Part shown: in pieces, positions 51,782 through 61,626 of the stretch
Layout of the letters: each line of letters opens with the position of its first letter
Numbering within the stretch: position 1 is the first letter of the stretch
Assembly: GCA_044344255.1 (NCBI GenBank)
Contig: JBIJDH010000006.1
Coordinates: 192,001 to 256,000, forward strand
DNA: 64,000 nt
Direction: 5' to 3'
DNA from: Myxococcota bacterium
Lineage (GTDB): Bacteria; Myxococcota_A; UBA796; UBA2385
Position numbers and translations under genes: made by a program
The notes under the pieces: model-generated
The model's database searches: none
What the model was told of the DNA's origin: nothing
Seen by the model: the letters and a program-made list of their open reading frames with translations, nothing else

Positions 51782-53525
51782 TCACAAGGGTGGGGAGCCG
51801 AGGGCCTGAAGGTGCGAGACGACATCGACGCCGCGGAGGTGGCCGCCGAGGTCCTGGGCTCCCCAAGCCTGGACATGGGCGACCAGGCAGATCAGGGAGC
51901 CGAGGACCGCGACGACGGCCTCTCTTCGAGACGCGCGGCGAAGGAGGCGCTGGAGGCGGCTGTTGAATCGCTCGACCGAGGTTCGCTCATTGTAGTGGTA
52001 AGTTGTAGTCGAGCTTCCACGCCTCTGAGTCACGGGGTGGGCTTCCGGTGAGGCGGAAGTCCTCGGTCGCGCGAGTGTGGGCCAGCGGTCCCATCACGGA
52101 GTCGGGCTCACAGAGCCTGTGCAGCGGGCAGTCGTCGAGGTGCACCTTGAACGTGTATCGGCCGTCGGTGTGCGTGGGCCGCTTACAAGGGCAGTTGAAG
52201 GTGGTTTGCTGGTACCTGGCGTCCCAGCCATGCAGGCGCATCTTCGCCCCACCCGGGCAGTTGGGGTAACCGTTGATGTCCAGATCGAGGGAGCTGGCGA
52301 CCGTGGCGATGTCTGTAGGGTTCGCCAAGGGAATCCGGGGCTGGATGTCGAGCTCATGAAGGAGCTCATAGACCGGGATGGCGTCATATCCCCTGTCCGC
52401 GGTGAGCTTCTCGAGCCGGAGGCCCCCTGTGTCGTTGTTCTTCTCCTTTTCATTACGGTGATACCCGACGAAGTCGCAGATGAGGTCAATTCCCATCAGG
52501 ACATCGGGGATGTGGGCGGGGCAGGTCTCCAACCACAGGGGCAGCTCGTGATGTTCCGAGCGAGCGACCAGGAGCTGACCTCGAAAGCCGAAGGTCCAGC
52601 TGTTGTCGCTGGCGGAGCGCCCCCAGCGCGCGGTGGGCTCTGCGTAGAGGAGAGGAATGGATTTGGAGGGAACCAGCACGCCATCTTCGCCCCGCGGCCG
52701 GGGAGGGGATCCCGGGGGTCTGCGACCATCACCGCTGGCCTGGGAGGCGATGAGGGTGCCGTCGATCGCCCCGAATGCGAGCTCGGTGATGAGCTCACGG
52801 CGGAGCGACGGCGCCACACCTGCACGGCTGAGGATGACGTTCAACCGCGGGGATGCGCGCGGCAGGGGGCTGGAGTTCAAGGAGAGGAGCTGTGCATCCA
52901 GGTGCGCTCGGGCCGCTCCGGTGCCCTCGCGGCTCTCGTCGCTCTCCTGGGCAAGGGTTCGGAGGAAGGATGCGCGACGATGTTGGCGCTCGGCACGCTT
53001 CCGTTCGAGGCCCGTGCGCATGCCGGCGTCACTCGGGGGGCTCGTTCCGGAAGCAGGCGCGGACCTGGCCGGAGGCTCGTGCGCGGGGTCGCCCTCCAGG
53101 GCGCCGGTTGCCTCCGACTGCGCGCGTCCCAGGACCTGCGACCGATCCGCCGCTCTCAGTCGGTAGATGAAGCTGTACAGGGTGGCCACTCCGGGTGGCG
53201 AGTGCCCTTCCGGGATCCCACAAGCTCTGCATAGAGCTGGGCTCTTCTGGAGTTCAAGGACCCATCGGTTGATCCCGTGGTGGCCGAGCGCTTCCATCGT
53301 CATGAGCACCTGGAGCTTGACCACCGGCTCCAGCATCGGCTTGCCACCATGATGGTCCTCTCGGTACAGCCCGGTGAGGAGCGGGCGCACCTGCTCCGGG
53401 TCGTAGGAGGGGAGACCGGCAAAGTAGGTGGGTGCCTGATCAAGGGCGGGGGCCCCCAAGCCCAGCAGGGAAGCCACAGAGGGCGCGTTTGCGGCGTGAG
53501 TCTCAGGGGGGTGTGGCTCCCACAT
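51782..53525 (-). pseudogene. DDE transposase (IS4/IS5/IS1182-like), frameshifted just before the catalytic Glu
   Basis: GAIDGT and LTADRGYD in ORF 51987..53525; YNERTSVERFN continues in ORF 51782..52033; 13-nt insertion at about 51990-52009; element ends not identified. Confidence 0.85.
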
Positions 53526-53576
53526 GGAGCGAAGCGCTCACACCGCCTGCCAGGTGCCCCCTGCGGCGCTCCGGCG

Positions 53577-53712
53577 TCCCCCTCCGCCGCCGATGCGGCG
53601 GCACCTCCCCCATAGGATGGGGGAGGCTGAAGCCGCAGTTGTTCCTGCATCTGCCTCCCTCATCCGAAGGGGGAGGTGGCGCTCCCTGTCGGGCGCCCGG
53701 CGCGGGAGGGGG
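53577..53712. repeat. REP-like inverted palindrome doublet, second subfamily
   Basis: CCCCTCCGCCGCCGATGCGGCGGCACCTCCCCCATAGGATGGGGGAGG followed by a similar unit in reverse orientation ending GGGAGGGGG. Confidence 0.65.
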
Positions 53713-53990
53713 ACCCCTGGAGGCGAACGATATGGCTCCGCTCAACGACAGATCCACACCCGGTCACGCCAGGCGTACGAGGGCCCCCCCGCGGTCAAAG
53801 AGCGCAAGGGCCTGCCCTCCGGCACCTGCCGCCAGTCCAGGGCGCAGGACCCACTCACGACGCCGGTCTGGCGCCCATGTCCTCATGCCTTTCTGGCCCC
53901 GTGCCGCTCAGAGGAGCGAAGCGCCCCCTCAACCGGAGCGGATGAACCCGGAGCCACACGCCCCAGACCGCTCTTCGACCCTGGCTCCGC

Positions 53991-55550
53991 TCAGGCGCCG
54001 CGGAGGTGCAGCACCCGGCCGTCTACCTCCAGCTCCTCCGCCCAGAGGCGCTCCTCCCAGCTCTTCCCGGCGCGCTGGTCGAAGATCCAGAGCCAGCCCT
54101 CTCGGAGGCCGTGGGTGTCGAGGTAGCCGGAGAGCTGCTGCACCCCGTCCTGCTTCACCTTCTCGAAGCGATAGCCGCCGTCAAAGACACGCTTCAGCTC
54201 GATGGCGTGGCGTTCGCCCCGATATTCGACGAGGAGGTCTATCCGGCCGCGACCGGCGGCGTACTCTCGGGTGATGGTGCCGCCGCCATTGACCACCTTC
54301 TGAAGGAAGGCCATGAGCGCGATGTGCGGGACGGCCTCGAGGTAGCCGCGGTCTGCGCTCCGCTCGACCATCTCGGCGTTCTCGCGCCACCAGGCGGTGA
54401 AGGCCAGGCTGAGGGCGGGCAGGTCGAGGCCGCCTGCTGCGGTCTTCCAGGGCCACCAGGGCAGGGGGAGGTTCTCCTGTTCGTTGAGGGTCAACTGGCG
54501 GGCGAGGACCTCGCGATAGAGCGGGTTCGCCATCTCGGCGCCATGGGCGCGTTGAATCACCAGACCGAGATCGAGGCAGTACTGGAAGCCGTCGGTGTCG
54601 GTTTCGATGTCTCCGTCACCGAGGAGGATTCGCTGGAGGACGGCGGCGACTCGCTCCTCTCGGAGTCGCTCGGCGAGCGAGTCAAGGTGGGTGGTGCGGG
54701 AGGGCATGAGGCGGTCCACGGCTCGGTCTACCTCGACCGCGGTGATGGGCAGGTCGCGGTCGGGGTCCCGCTCGGACACGCAGAGATGGGCGATGGCGTT
54801 GGTGAGGAAGGGCTGGCCATGCCCCCAGTGGAAGATCCGCTCGACGGCGCGGGGATGGAATTCCTGTCCGGTCTCTTCGGTGTGCTGCGACAGGAGCGCA
54901 GCGACCTCGGCCTCGTTGAAATTGCGCAGCGTGAGAGGCTCCGCTGTAATATTGAAGGGAGTGCGCGGGTAGACCCGGCCGCTGCGGCTGGCCTTCGTCT
55001 GAATGACGCGCGGGTCTCTCATGCCGATGAGGCCGACGGTGACGGGGAAGGCGCCCGGCCTGCGGCCGACGAAGCCGTCGCGGAGCTGACTGAGCAGGCT
55101 CACGAGGGCGGGGCCGCTCACCACGTCGGCCTCGTCGAGGAGGAGCACCACCGGGCGCGGCGTCGAAGCGGCCCAGGCCTGGAGGTACGCGAAGAGGCGT
55201 CCGCCGGGGCTCTGTGGGAGGAAGGGCTCCGCGGGCGGCGGCCGGTCACCTTCCGGGAGCACCTGGGCCCGGTGGGCGATGGACTCTATCCAGAGGGGCT
55301 CGGCGGAGCCGGTGTCCTCGACGCCCTGGCTCCGCTCCAGGCTGGCCCAGACCGCCGCGTAGCCGGCCGCGCGGAGGCGCTCGGCGAAGGCGCGCATCGC
55401 CGTGGTCTTGCCCGTCTGCCGCGGCGCGTGGACCACGAAGTACTGCTCGCGCTCGACATACGGGAGGAGCTCCGGCAGGCGGGCCTCGGCGGGGAGCATG
55501 TAGTGCCGCCTGGGGTCGCAGGGGCCGGTGGTGTTGAAGAAGCGGCGCAT
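53991..55550 (-). CDS. AAA-like P-loop ATPase with C-terminal PD-(D/E)XK nuclease-like domain, paralogue 1
   Basis: FFNTTGPC, HAPRQTGKTT, LLLDEAD, PFNI, GQPFL, REYAAGRGRIDLL, IELK, QLSGYL. Confidence 0.85.
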   Translation of the reverse strand: MRRFFNTTGPCDPRRHYMLPAEARLPELLPYVEREQYFVVHAPRQTGKTTAMRAFAERLRAAGYAAVWASLERSQGVEDTGSAEPLWIESIAHRAQVLPEGDRPPPAEPFLPQSPGGRLFAYLQAWAASTPRPVVLLLDEADVVSGPALVSLLSQLRDGFVGRRPGAFPVTVGLIGMRDPRVIQTKASRSGRVYPRTPFNITAEPLTLRNFNEAEVAALLSQHTEETGQEFHPRAVERIFHWGHGQPFLTNAIAHLCVSERDPDRDLPITAVEVDRAVDRLMPSRTTHLDSLAERLREERVAAVLQRILLGDGDIETDTDGFQYCLDLGLVIQRAHGAEMANPLYREVLARQLTLNEQENLPLPWWPWKTAAGGLDLPALSLAFTAWWRENAEMVERSADRGYLEAVPHIALMAFLQKVVNGGGTITREYAAGRGRIDLLVEYRGERHAIELKRVFDGGYRFEKVKQDGVQQLSGYLDTHGLREGWLWIFDQRAGKSWEERLWAEELEVDGRVLHLRGA

Positions 55551-55572
55551 CGGCACGGGCTAACCCGGCCGC

Positions 55573-57141
55573 TCAGGCGCCGCGGAGGTGCAGCATCCGG
55601 CCGTCTACCTCGAGCTCCTCGGCCCAAAGGCGCTCCTCCCAGGTGCGGCCTTCGCGTTGGTCGAAGATCAGGAGCCAGCCGTGTCTCTCGCCGACGGTGT
55701 CGAGGTACCGACAGAGCTGCCGAACGCCGGCCTCTCGGACCCGCGCGGGCGCGTCGTGCGCGGGCCGCACCCGCTTGAGCTCGATGACGTGCCGCTCGCC
55801 GCAGTACTCGACGAGGAGGTCTATTGCCCCGCGGGCGCCGGCGAACTCGCGGGTGACCCGGCCGCCGCCGTTGACCACCTTCTGGAGGAAGGCCATGAAC
55901 GTGATGTGGGGGAGGGCCTCGAGGTAGCCTCGGTCTGCGCGGCGCTCCAGCATCTCGGCGTTCTCGCGCCACCAGGTGAGGAAGGCGGCGATGAGCACCG
56001 GCATGTCGAGGCCACCCTGCGCCGTCTTCCAGGGCCACCAGGCCTCGGGCAGGACGGCCAGCGTGGGCCCCAGCAGGGCCCGAATGAAGAGCTCTCGATA
56101 GAGGGGATTGGCGATCTCGGCCTTGTGGGCTCCGTGCTGCCCCAGCCCAATGCCGACGACCTGGTCAAAGTCTGCGCCAGAATAGTCGAGGGTCTGATCG
56201 CCGAGGAGGAGGGCCTGCAGAACCGGGGCGACCGCGGGCCGCCAGAGCCAATCGGTGACGGAGAGGCGGGCGCCGTCTTCGGCCTGAAGGATGTCTTCGA
56301 CGGCCCGGTCGATACAGGCGGCGGTGATCGAGAGGGTCCGGACCGGTGTGATCTTCTGGGTCACTCGGTCGGCGAGCAGGTCGGTGAGGGCCGCCTGACC
56401 CTGCCCCCAGTGGTAGACCCGTTCGGCGGCCTCTGGCGTGAAGGGCTGCCCTGTCTCCCGGTGGTGCTGGTCGAGGAGCTCCCTCACCTCTTTCGGCGTG
56501 AAGGGCCGAATGGACAAGGTGTCCGCCCGAATATTAAAGGCGTCGACCGCGCTGAAGGGCGCCCCCTGCCGATCGTGGGCCCTGTAGTGGGAGAGGTCAA
56601 GCTCCCCGATCAGGGCGAGGCACACGGGGAATCTCCCAGGTCCGCGGTCCATGAAGCCAGCGCGGAGCTGAGCCAGCAGGCTCAGGAGCGCGGGGCCACC
56701 GACCCCGTCCGCGTCGTCCAGGAAGAGCACCACCGCGCGCGGCGCGACGGCAGCGCTCCAGCGCATCAAGTAGGACCGGAGCCGGGTGCCGGCGGTGTGG
56801 CCGGTCCAAGGTGCAGCAGAGGGCGGTCGCAGGGGCTCATCGAGCTCCGCTCCGCCGTCGTGAATCGCGTTCAGCCAGAGCATCTCCGCGGAGGCGGTCT
56901 CGTCTATCCCTCGCGCCGCCGCCAAGGACACGCACAGGGCCACCGTGCCTGCGGCGCGGAGCTCCTCCGCGAAGGCGCGCATCGCCGTGGTCTTGCCGGT
57001 CTGTCGGGCGGCGTGAACCACGAAGTAGAGCTGCTGCTCGACGAAGGGGAGGAGGTCCGGCAGCCGGGCTCGCGGCGGCAGCATGTAGTGCCGGGCGGGG
57101 TCGCAGGGGCCGGTGGTGTTGAAGAAACGAGGCATGGGCAT
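55573..57141 (-). CDS. AAA-like P-loop ATPase with C-terminal PD-(D/E)XK nuclease-like domain, paralogue 2
   Basis: FFNTTGPC, HAARQTGKTT, LFLDDAD, REFAGARGAIDLL, IELK, QLCRYL. Confidence 0.85.
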   Translation of the reverse strand: MPMPRFFNTTGPCDPARHYMLPPRARLPDLLPFVEQQLYFVVHAARQTGKTTAMRAFAEELRAAGTVALCVSLAAARGIDETASAEMLWLNAIHDGGAELDEPLRPPSAAPWTGHTAGTRLRSYLMRWSAAVAPRAVVLFLDDADGVGGPALLSLLAQLRAGFMDRGPGRFPVCLALIGELDLSHYRAHDRQGAPFSAVDAFNIRADTLSIRPFTPKEVRELLDQHHRETGQPFTPEAAERVYHWGQGQAALTDLLADRVTQKITPVRTLSITAACIDRAVEDILQAEDGARLSVTDWLWRPAVAPVLQALLLGDQTLDYSGADFDQVVGIGLGQHGAHKAEIANPLYRELFIRALLGPTLAVLPEAWWPWKTAQGGLDMPVLIAAFLTWWRENAEMLERRADRGYLEALPHITFMAFLQKVVNGGGRVTREFAGARGAIDLLVEYCGERHVIELKRVRPAHDAPARVREAGVRQLCRYLDTVGERHGWLLIFDQREGRTWEERLWAEELEVDGRMLHLRGA

Positions 57142-57238
57142 TGCCTAACCAGCGGAGCTGACCCGAGGGCCGCGGGATCGTGCGCCGCGGTGGTGACAGC
57201 GCGGGCCGCCGCCGGTGTCTCGGTGGGAGAGGTGTTCG

Positions 57239-58018
57239 ATGTCCCCGTCCCGTTCCTGGTCGTGGCTCCCGGCCGCGCTGCTGCTGCTCTCGCTCCCCGC
57301 GCGTGCCACATGGTCGGTCGTCGCCGTCGATGAGGAGACCGAGGAGGTGGGCATCGCCGGCGCCACCTGCGGGCCGATGGTGTGGTTCATCGCCGGGCTC
57401 GTGCCGGGTGAGGGCGTGATCGCGGCCCAGTACGCCACCTCTCGCCACGAGCGAGAGACCGGGGAGGACCTGCTGCGCGAGGGGGAGCGCCCCGCCGCGG
57501 TCTTGAAGGCGCTGCGGGCCCAGGACGAGGACGCGGCGCTGCGCCAGTACGGCATCGTCGCCCTCGGGGAGGCGCCTGTCACCTTCACCGGGGGCGAGGT
57601 GGAGGGGCCGGCGCTCACGGTGGAGGGTGAGGGGTGGACCGCCCAGGGCAACACGCTCGCCTCGGAGGCGGTGGTGGAGGCCGCGGCGGCGGTGATGGAG
57701 GCCGGGGAGGGGAGCCTCGCCGACCGGCTGATGGAGGCGCTCGAGGCCGGGGCCGCCGAGGGGGGCGACGCGCGCTGTGCGCCCGAGGACGCCGCCAAGA
57801 GCGCCTTCCTCTACGTGGCCGAGCCCGGGGACCGCGCGCACGAGCCCACGGTGGAGGTGCGGGCGAGCGGGGCCGGGGCGGTCGAGGAGCTGGCGGGTGA
57901 CTACGCGGCCGGGAACATGTCGTGCAGCGCCGTGGGCGGAGTGAGGGCCGGCGGGCTGGGGCTCCTCTGGGCCGTCATGCTGGGCGGTCTGTCGCGGCGC
58001 CGGCCGCGTGGGCGATGA
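57239..58018 (+). CDS. DUF1028 (Ntn-hydrolase-like) secreted protein with MYXO-CTERM-like tail
   Basis: Signal peptide then TWSVVAVD, QYGIV, QGNTL, LADRLMEALEAG, GGDARC; tail SCSA + hydrophobic stretch + RRR. Confidence 0.85.
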   Translation: MSPSRSWSWLPAALLLLSLPARATWSVVAVDEETEEVGIAGATCGPMVWFIAGLVPGEGVIAAQYATSRHERETGEDLLREGERPAAVLKALRAQDEDAALRQYGIVALGEAPVTFTGGEVEGPALTVEGEGWTAQGNTLASEAVVEAAAAVMEAGEGSLADRLMEALEAGAAEGGDARCAPEDAAKSAFLYVAEPGDRAHEPTVEVRASGAGAVEELAGDYAAGNMSCSAVGGVRAGGLGLLWAVMLGGLSRRRPRGR

Positions 58019-58229
58019 CACGCGGGCACTGGGGATCGGCGGCCCATGGGTCGCCGGTGAGGTGGGCGGCGACGACGCGACAGGCGCCCCGACAGACCGC
58101 CCGATAGGGGCAGTCGCCACAGGGGAGGGGAGGGGCGGCGGCGCGGGCCCGCCAGGCGGTGAGGGTGGGGTCGGCCCGGCAGGGCGGCGGCGAAGGCGCT
58201 GGCGCCGGCGCTGGCCCGGCGGTGGTCAC
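57975..58229 (-). pseudogene. SPASM-domain C-terminal fragment (radical SAM/SPASM relic or mini-protein)
   Basis: CGDCPYRAVCRGACRVVAAHLTGDPWAADPQCP; GTG overlaps the upstream TGA; no radical SAM core present. Confidence 0.6.
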
Positions 58230-59443
58230 CAGCCCGACGTGTCGCAGTCCGGGTTGGAGTAGCTGGCCGCGCAGTCGGGGTGGCAGTCACTCTCCTCGAT
58301 GGGCTCCACGGTCCCGCTCACGCGGGTCGCGTAGACGTCCTCGATCTCGATCGGCACACAATAGGACTCCCCGTCCGAGGTGCAGGCCTGACAGGCCGCG
58401 CCGAAGGCCTCGAGGAAGCTGCAGAGGTCGCGCGGGTCGGAGGTGCCCAGCAGGCCCTCGAGGGCCGCGCCCGCGCTCCGGGCGTCCATCTCGCCCACGA
58501 TCTGGCTGAGGCCGAGCGTCTCGCCGTCGGCGGAGAAGACCCCGTAGAGCTGCAGGTCCTCGATCGGCAGGACGTCGCCGGTCCCCGAGTCGAAGCCGGG
58601 CACCGCCACCTCGACGCCCGGGGTGACGAAGGAGGGGGTGGTGGAGAAGTCGGCGGCGGGGAAGGGCTGCGAGGCGAAGCACATGTCCTGGCTGCCGGTG
58701 CTGTCGGCGTAGCCTCCCTCGAGGAGGAGCTCGGAGCTGGCCTCCCCCACGCCGAGGAGGAGCTCGCCGGACAGGAACTCGAACAGGAGGTCTCCCAGGC
58801 CGGCCGGCTCCTCCACCGAACCGGTGGAGAGGTCGAGGATGTAGGTGTAGCCGGTGGGATCGACCTCAAGGGGCAGGCCGAAGCTGCTCGGGGTGAAGAG
58901 CCAGGAGAAGGTGGCCTCCCCCTCGCACCACTCGACCGTGGCGGTGTGGGTGTCGCCGGAGGCGAGGTCGAGGTCGGGCGTGAACACCAGGGTGTCGCCG
59001 TCCCAGGCGCTCGTGCCGCTGATGCTGGCGCCGGACTCGTCGACGAGGCCGATCACGGCAGAGTCGTCGCGGACGTTGAAGGTGACCATGAGGGGGTCGG
59101 AGGGGGAGATCGCCGCGTCGCTGTACTCGGGGAAGGCCGAGATCACGGAGGAGCGGCAGTCGGTGGTGCCGTCGGTGCCGTCGGCGCCGTCCGTCCCCCC
59201 GTCTGTCCCGTCGGTGCCGTCTGTCCCGTCGGTGCCGTCTGTCCCGTCGGTGCCGTCCGTCCCGTCGGTGCCCCCGGAGTCACCGCCTCCGTCGGCGCCG
59301 CTGTCCCCGCTGGGCGTGCCGGAGTCGGCGCCGCCGACGCGGCCGTCGCGGTCCTCATCGACCTTGTCGGGGGCACAGGCGAGGAACATTGACATTGACA
59401 TTGACATTGAGAGGGCGAGAGCGGAGCGGTCGGGGCGGAGCAT
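58226..59443 (-). CDS. acidic lipoprotein with GTD repeats, Ig-like domain and Cys-rich C-terminus, paralogue 1
   Basis: Lipobox FLAC, (GTD)n linker, LVFTPDLDL, C-terminus DCHPDCAASYSNPDCDTSGW. Confidence 0.8.
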   Translation of the reverse strand: MLRPDRSALALSMSMSMSMFLACAPDKVDEDRDGRVGGADSGTPSGDSGADGGGDSGGTDGTDGTDGTDGTDGTDGTDGTDGGTDGADGTDGTTDCRSSVISAFPEYSDAAISPSDPLMVTFNVRDDSAVIGLVDESGASISGTSAWDGDTLVFTPDLDLASGDTHTATVEWCEGEATFSWLFTPSSFGLPLEVDPTGYTYILDLSTGSVEEPAGLGDLLFEFLSGELLLGVGEASSELLLEGGYADSTGSQDMCFASQPFPAADFSTTPSFVTPGVEVAVPGFDSGTGDVLPIEDLQLYGVFSADGETLGLSQIVGEMDARSAGAALEGLLGTSDPRDLCSFLEAFGAACQACTSDGESYCVPIEIEDVYATRVSGTVEPIEESDCHPDCAASYSNPDCDTSGW

Positions 59444-59483
59444 GGGTCCTCCAGGGCGCGCGGCGGGCGGCGGCGGGCCGCCC

Positions 59484-60677
59484 TCACCAGCCCGTGGTGT
59501 CGCAGTCGGGGTTGCTGAAGCTGGCGGGGCAGTCGGGGTGGCAGTCGTCGGCCAGCACTTCCTCGAGCGCGCCACCGGCGAAGGCGGCGCCGGTCACGCC
59601 CTCGATCTCGAAGTCGATGCAGTAGGCGGCGGCGTCGGAGCCACAGGCCACGCAGGGGATGCTGAAGAGGGCCGTAAAGTCGCAGATCTCGTCGGGATCG
59701 GAGGTGGCGACGAGGCCCTCGACCGCCGCGCCGGCGATGCGCATGTCGACCGAGAAGGTCATCTCGCCGTCGTGGAAGGCCTGCCCGTCGGCGTCGATCA
59801 CGCCGCCGAGCACGAACTCCTCGAGGGGGAGCGGCAGCTCGTCGGCGAAGGCGGTGCTGTCTCCCGGCAGGGTGACCGAGCGGGACGCGGTGAGGAAGCG
59901 CGGGTCGGTCGAGAAGTCGGCCTCGCCGAAGGCCTGGGTGGCCCGGCAGAGGTCTTGGGCGGCGAGGCCCGTGTCGGGCACCGCGCCCTGGAGCGTGAGC
60001 GTGTCGCCCGCGTCGGCGCTCACGCCGAGCAGCAGGGGCAGGTTGAAGGCGGTGGCGAGGGTCTCCCCGACGCCGGCGGGCGCGGTCCAGGTGGCGGTGG
60101 CGAGGTCGATCGCCCAGGCTTGACCGGTCAGGTCCACCGCGACCGGAGAGGAGGCGCTCCGCGTCGTGAAGCTCCAGGACTCGCCGCCCTCGGCGTTACA
60201 CCAGGAGACCGCCGCCGTGAGCTCGGTGACCTCGGCGAGCGGGGCGGCAGGCGAGAAGACGAGGGTGGCGCCCTCCCAGGCGAGGGCCCCCTCCACCTCG
60301 ACGCCGCGCTCGAAGAGCTTGAGGACCGCGGTCGTGTCCGCCTCGCTCAGCTCGGCGCGGACGGCGGAGTCGACGTCGACGTCGGTGGTGCCGTCGGCGG
60401 GGGTGGTGCTGAGGAGGGCCGTGGTGCAGCCGTCGGTGCCGTCGGTCCCATCGGTGCCGTCGGTCCCATCGGTCCCATCGGTGCCGTCGGTGCCGTCGGT
60501 GCCGTCGGTGCCGTCGGTCCCATCGGTGCCGTCGGTGCCGTCTGCGCCCTCATCCCCGCCGCCGTCGCCGCCCTTGTCGGAGCCCCCCGCGCAGCCGCCG
60601 AGCGACACGAGGGACACGAGAGACACGAGAGACAGGGCGAGGGTGCAGACCCGAGGGGAGGGGAGCCAGCTAGGCAT
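59484..60677 (-). CDS. acidic lipoprotein with GTD repeats, Ig-like domain and Cys-rich C-terminus, paralogue 2
   Basis: Lipobox LGGC, (GTD)n linker, TTPADGTTDV, LVFSPAAPL, C-terminus DCHPDCPASFSNPDCDTTGW. Confidence 0.8.
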   Translation of the reverse strand: MPSWLPSPRVCTLALSLVSLVSLVSLGGCAGGSDKGGDGGGDEGADGTDGTDGTDGTDGTDGTDGTDGTDGTDGTDGTDGTDGCTTALLSTTPADGTTDVDVDSAVRAELSEADTTAVLKLFERGVEVEGALAWEGATLVFSPAAPLAEVTELTAAVSWCNAEGGESWSFTTRSASSPVAVDLTGQAWAIDLATATWTAPAGVGETLATAFNLPLLLGVSADAGDTLTLQGAVPDTGLAAQDLCRATQAFGEADFSTDPRFLTASRSVTLPGDSTAFADELPLPLEEFVLGGVIDADGQAFHDGEMTFSVDMRIAGAAVEGLVATSDPDEICDFTALFSIPCVACGSDAAAYCIDFEIEGVTGAAFAGGALEEVLADDCHPDCPASFSNPDCDTTGW

Positions 60678-60713
60678 GGGGATCCGAGGCGAAGGGTGGG
60701 GTTTGGAGGGCGC

Positions 60714-61442
60714 TCAGGCGCGGGTGGGCTCCCAGCGGACCTGCCGGAGGAAGCTCGCGTTCAGGTACTCCCGCTCGATCACGGAGGCCATCTCCTCGAC
60801 GTCGCGGAACCGATCCCAGTCTACTCGGATCACGGGCACCGTCTTGGAGATCGTCGCGATGAAGCGCTCGTACTCGGCGTGCAGCGCGCGGAGGTACTCG
60901 ACCGTGATGCCGCTCTCGACGTCGCGGGCCCGCGAGCGGATGCGCTCGATCGAGCGCTCGGGCTTCACGTCGAGGTAGACGATGACGTTCGGCCGGCACA
61001 TGAAGTTGCTCATGTTGCGGAAGAGCGAGAGGTAGGTGCGGTAATCGCGCTCCTCCATCAGCTTGAGGTCGACCAGCATCTTGGCGAAGACGGCGTCCTC
61101 GTAGATGGTGCGGTCTTGCACGCCGCCGCCGCCTCGCCAGATGATCTCCTGGTGCTGCTGGAAGCGGCGGTTCAAGAGGTAGATCTGGGTGGCGAAGGCG
61201 TAGCGGGCGGTGTCCCGGTAGAAGTCGGCGAGGTACTCGTTGTCGGCCACGGGCTCGTAGTAGACCGGCAGCTCGAGGTGGCGGCCCAGCGCCGCCGCCA
61301 GCGTGCTCTTGCCGGCGCCGATGATGCCGGCGATGCCGATGAACAGCTCGCTCAGCCGCTCGGCGTGGGGGGCGGGGGCGGGGGCGGGCGCGGCGGGCGC
61401 GGCGGGTGCGGCAGGGACAGGCTCGGGCGGCTTCTCGGACAC
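60714..61442 (-). CDS. deoxynucleoside kinase
   Basis: IAGIIGAGKST, YYEPV, QIYLLNRRF, QDRTIYED, ERIRSRARDVE, YLRALH. Confidence 0.93.
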   Translation of the reverse strand: MSEKPPEPVPAAPAAPAAPAPAPAPHAERLSELFIGIAGIIGAGKSTLAAALGRHLELPVYYEPVADNEYLADFYRDTARYAFATQIYLLNRRFQQHQEIIWRGGGGVQDRTIYEDAVFAKMLVDLKLMEERDYRTYLSLFRNMSNFMCRPNVIVYLDVKPERSIERIRSRARDVESGITVEYLRALHAEYERFIATISKTVPVIRVDWDRFRDVEEMASVIEREYLNASFLRQVRWEPTRA

Positions 61443-61626
61443 GGCGGGGACCCTCCGACAGGGCCAACGGCCTATCTCGGCGCGGCTCCGGCAGCCCCGA
61501 CGACCGTCGGAGCCGGCTCCAGGGAGCGGCCGGAGTTCACGGATTCGTTGCCGCCCCCAGCCCTCGGTGGTGGTGGGGGGCGGCCCCCCGTGGTACCGCT
61601 CCGCTCGCCTCGCTCAGGAGAGACCC

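Noticed and set aside
43776..53525. CRISPR-associated transposon hypothesis (cas genes and array flanked by transposases)
   Set aside because: No tnsB/tnsC/tniQ-like genes; the two transposases are unrelated to each other, one interrupts csx17 and the other is frameshifted; the Cascade core genes are missing
53526..53993. 12-nt direct repeats GGAGCGAAGCGC and TGGCTCCGCTCA as ends of the second IS
   Set aside because: No matching inverted copy near 51540-51780, so the element boundaries remain undefined
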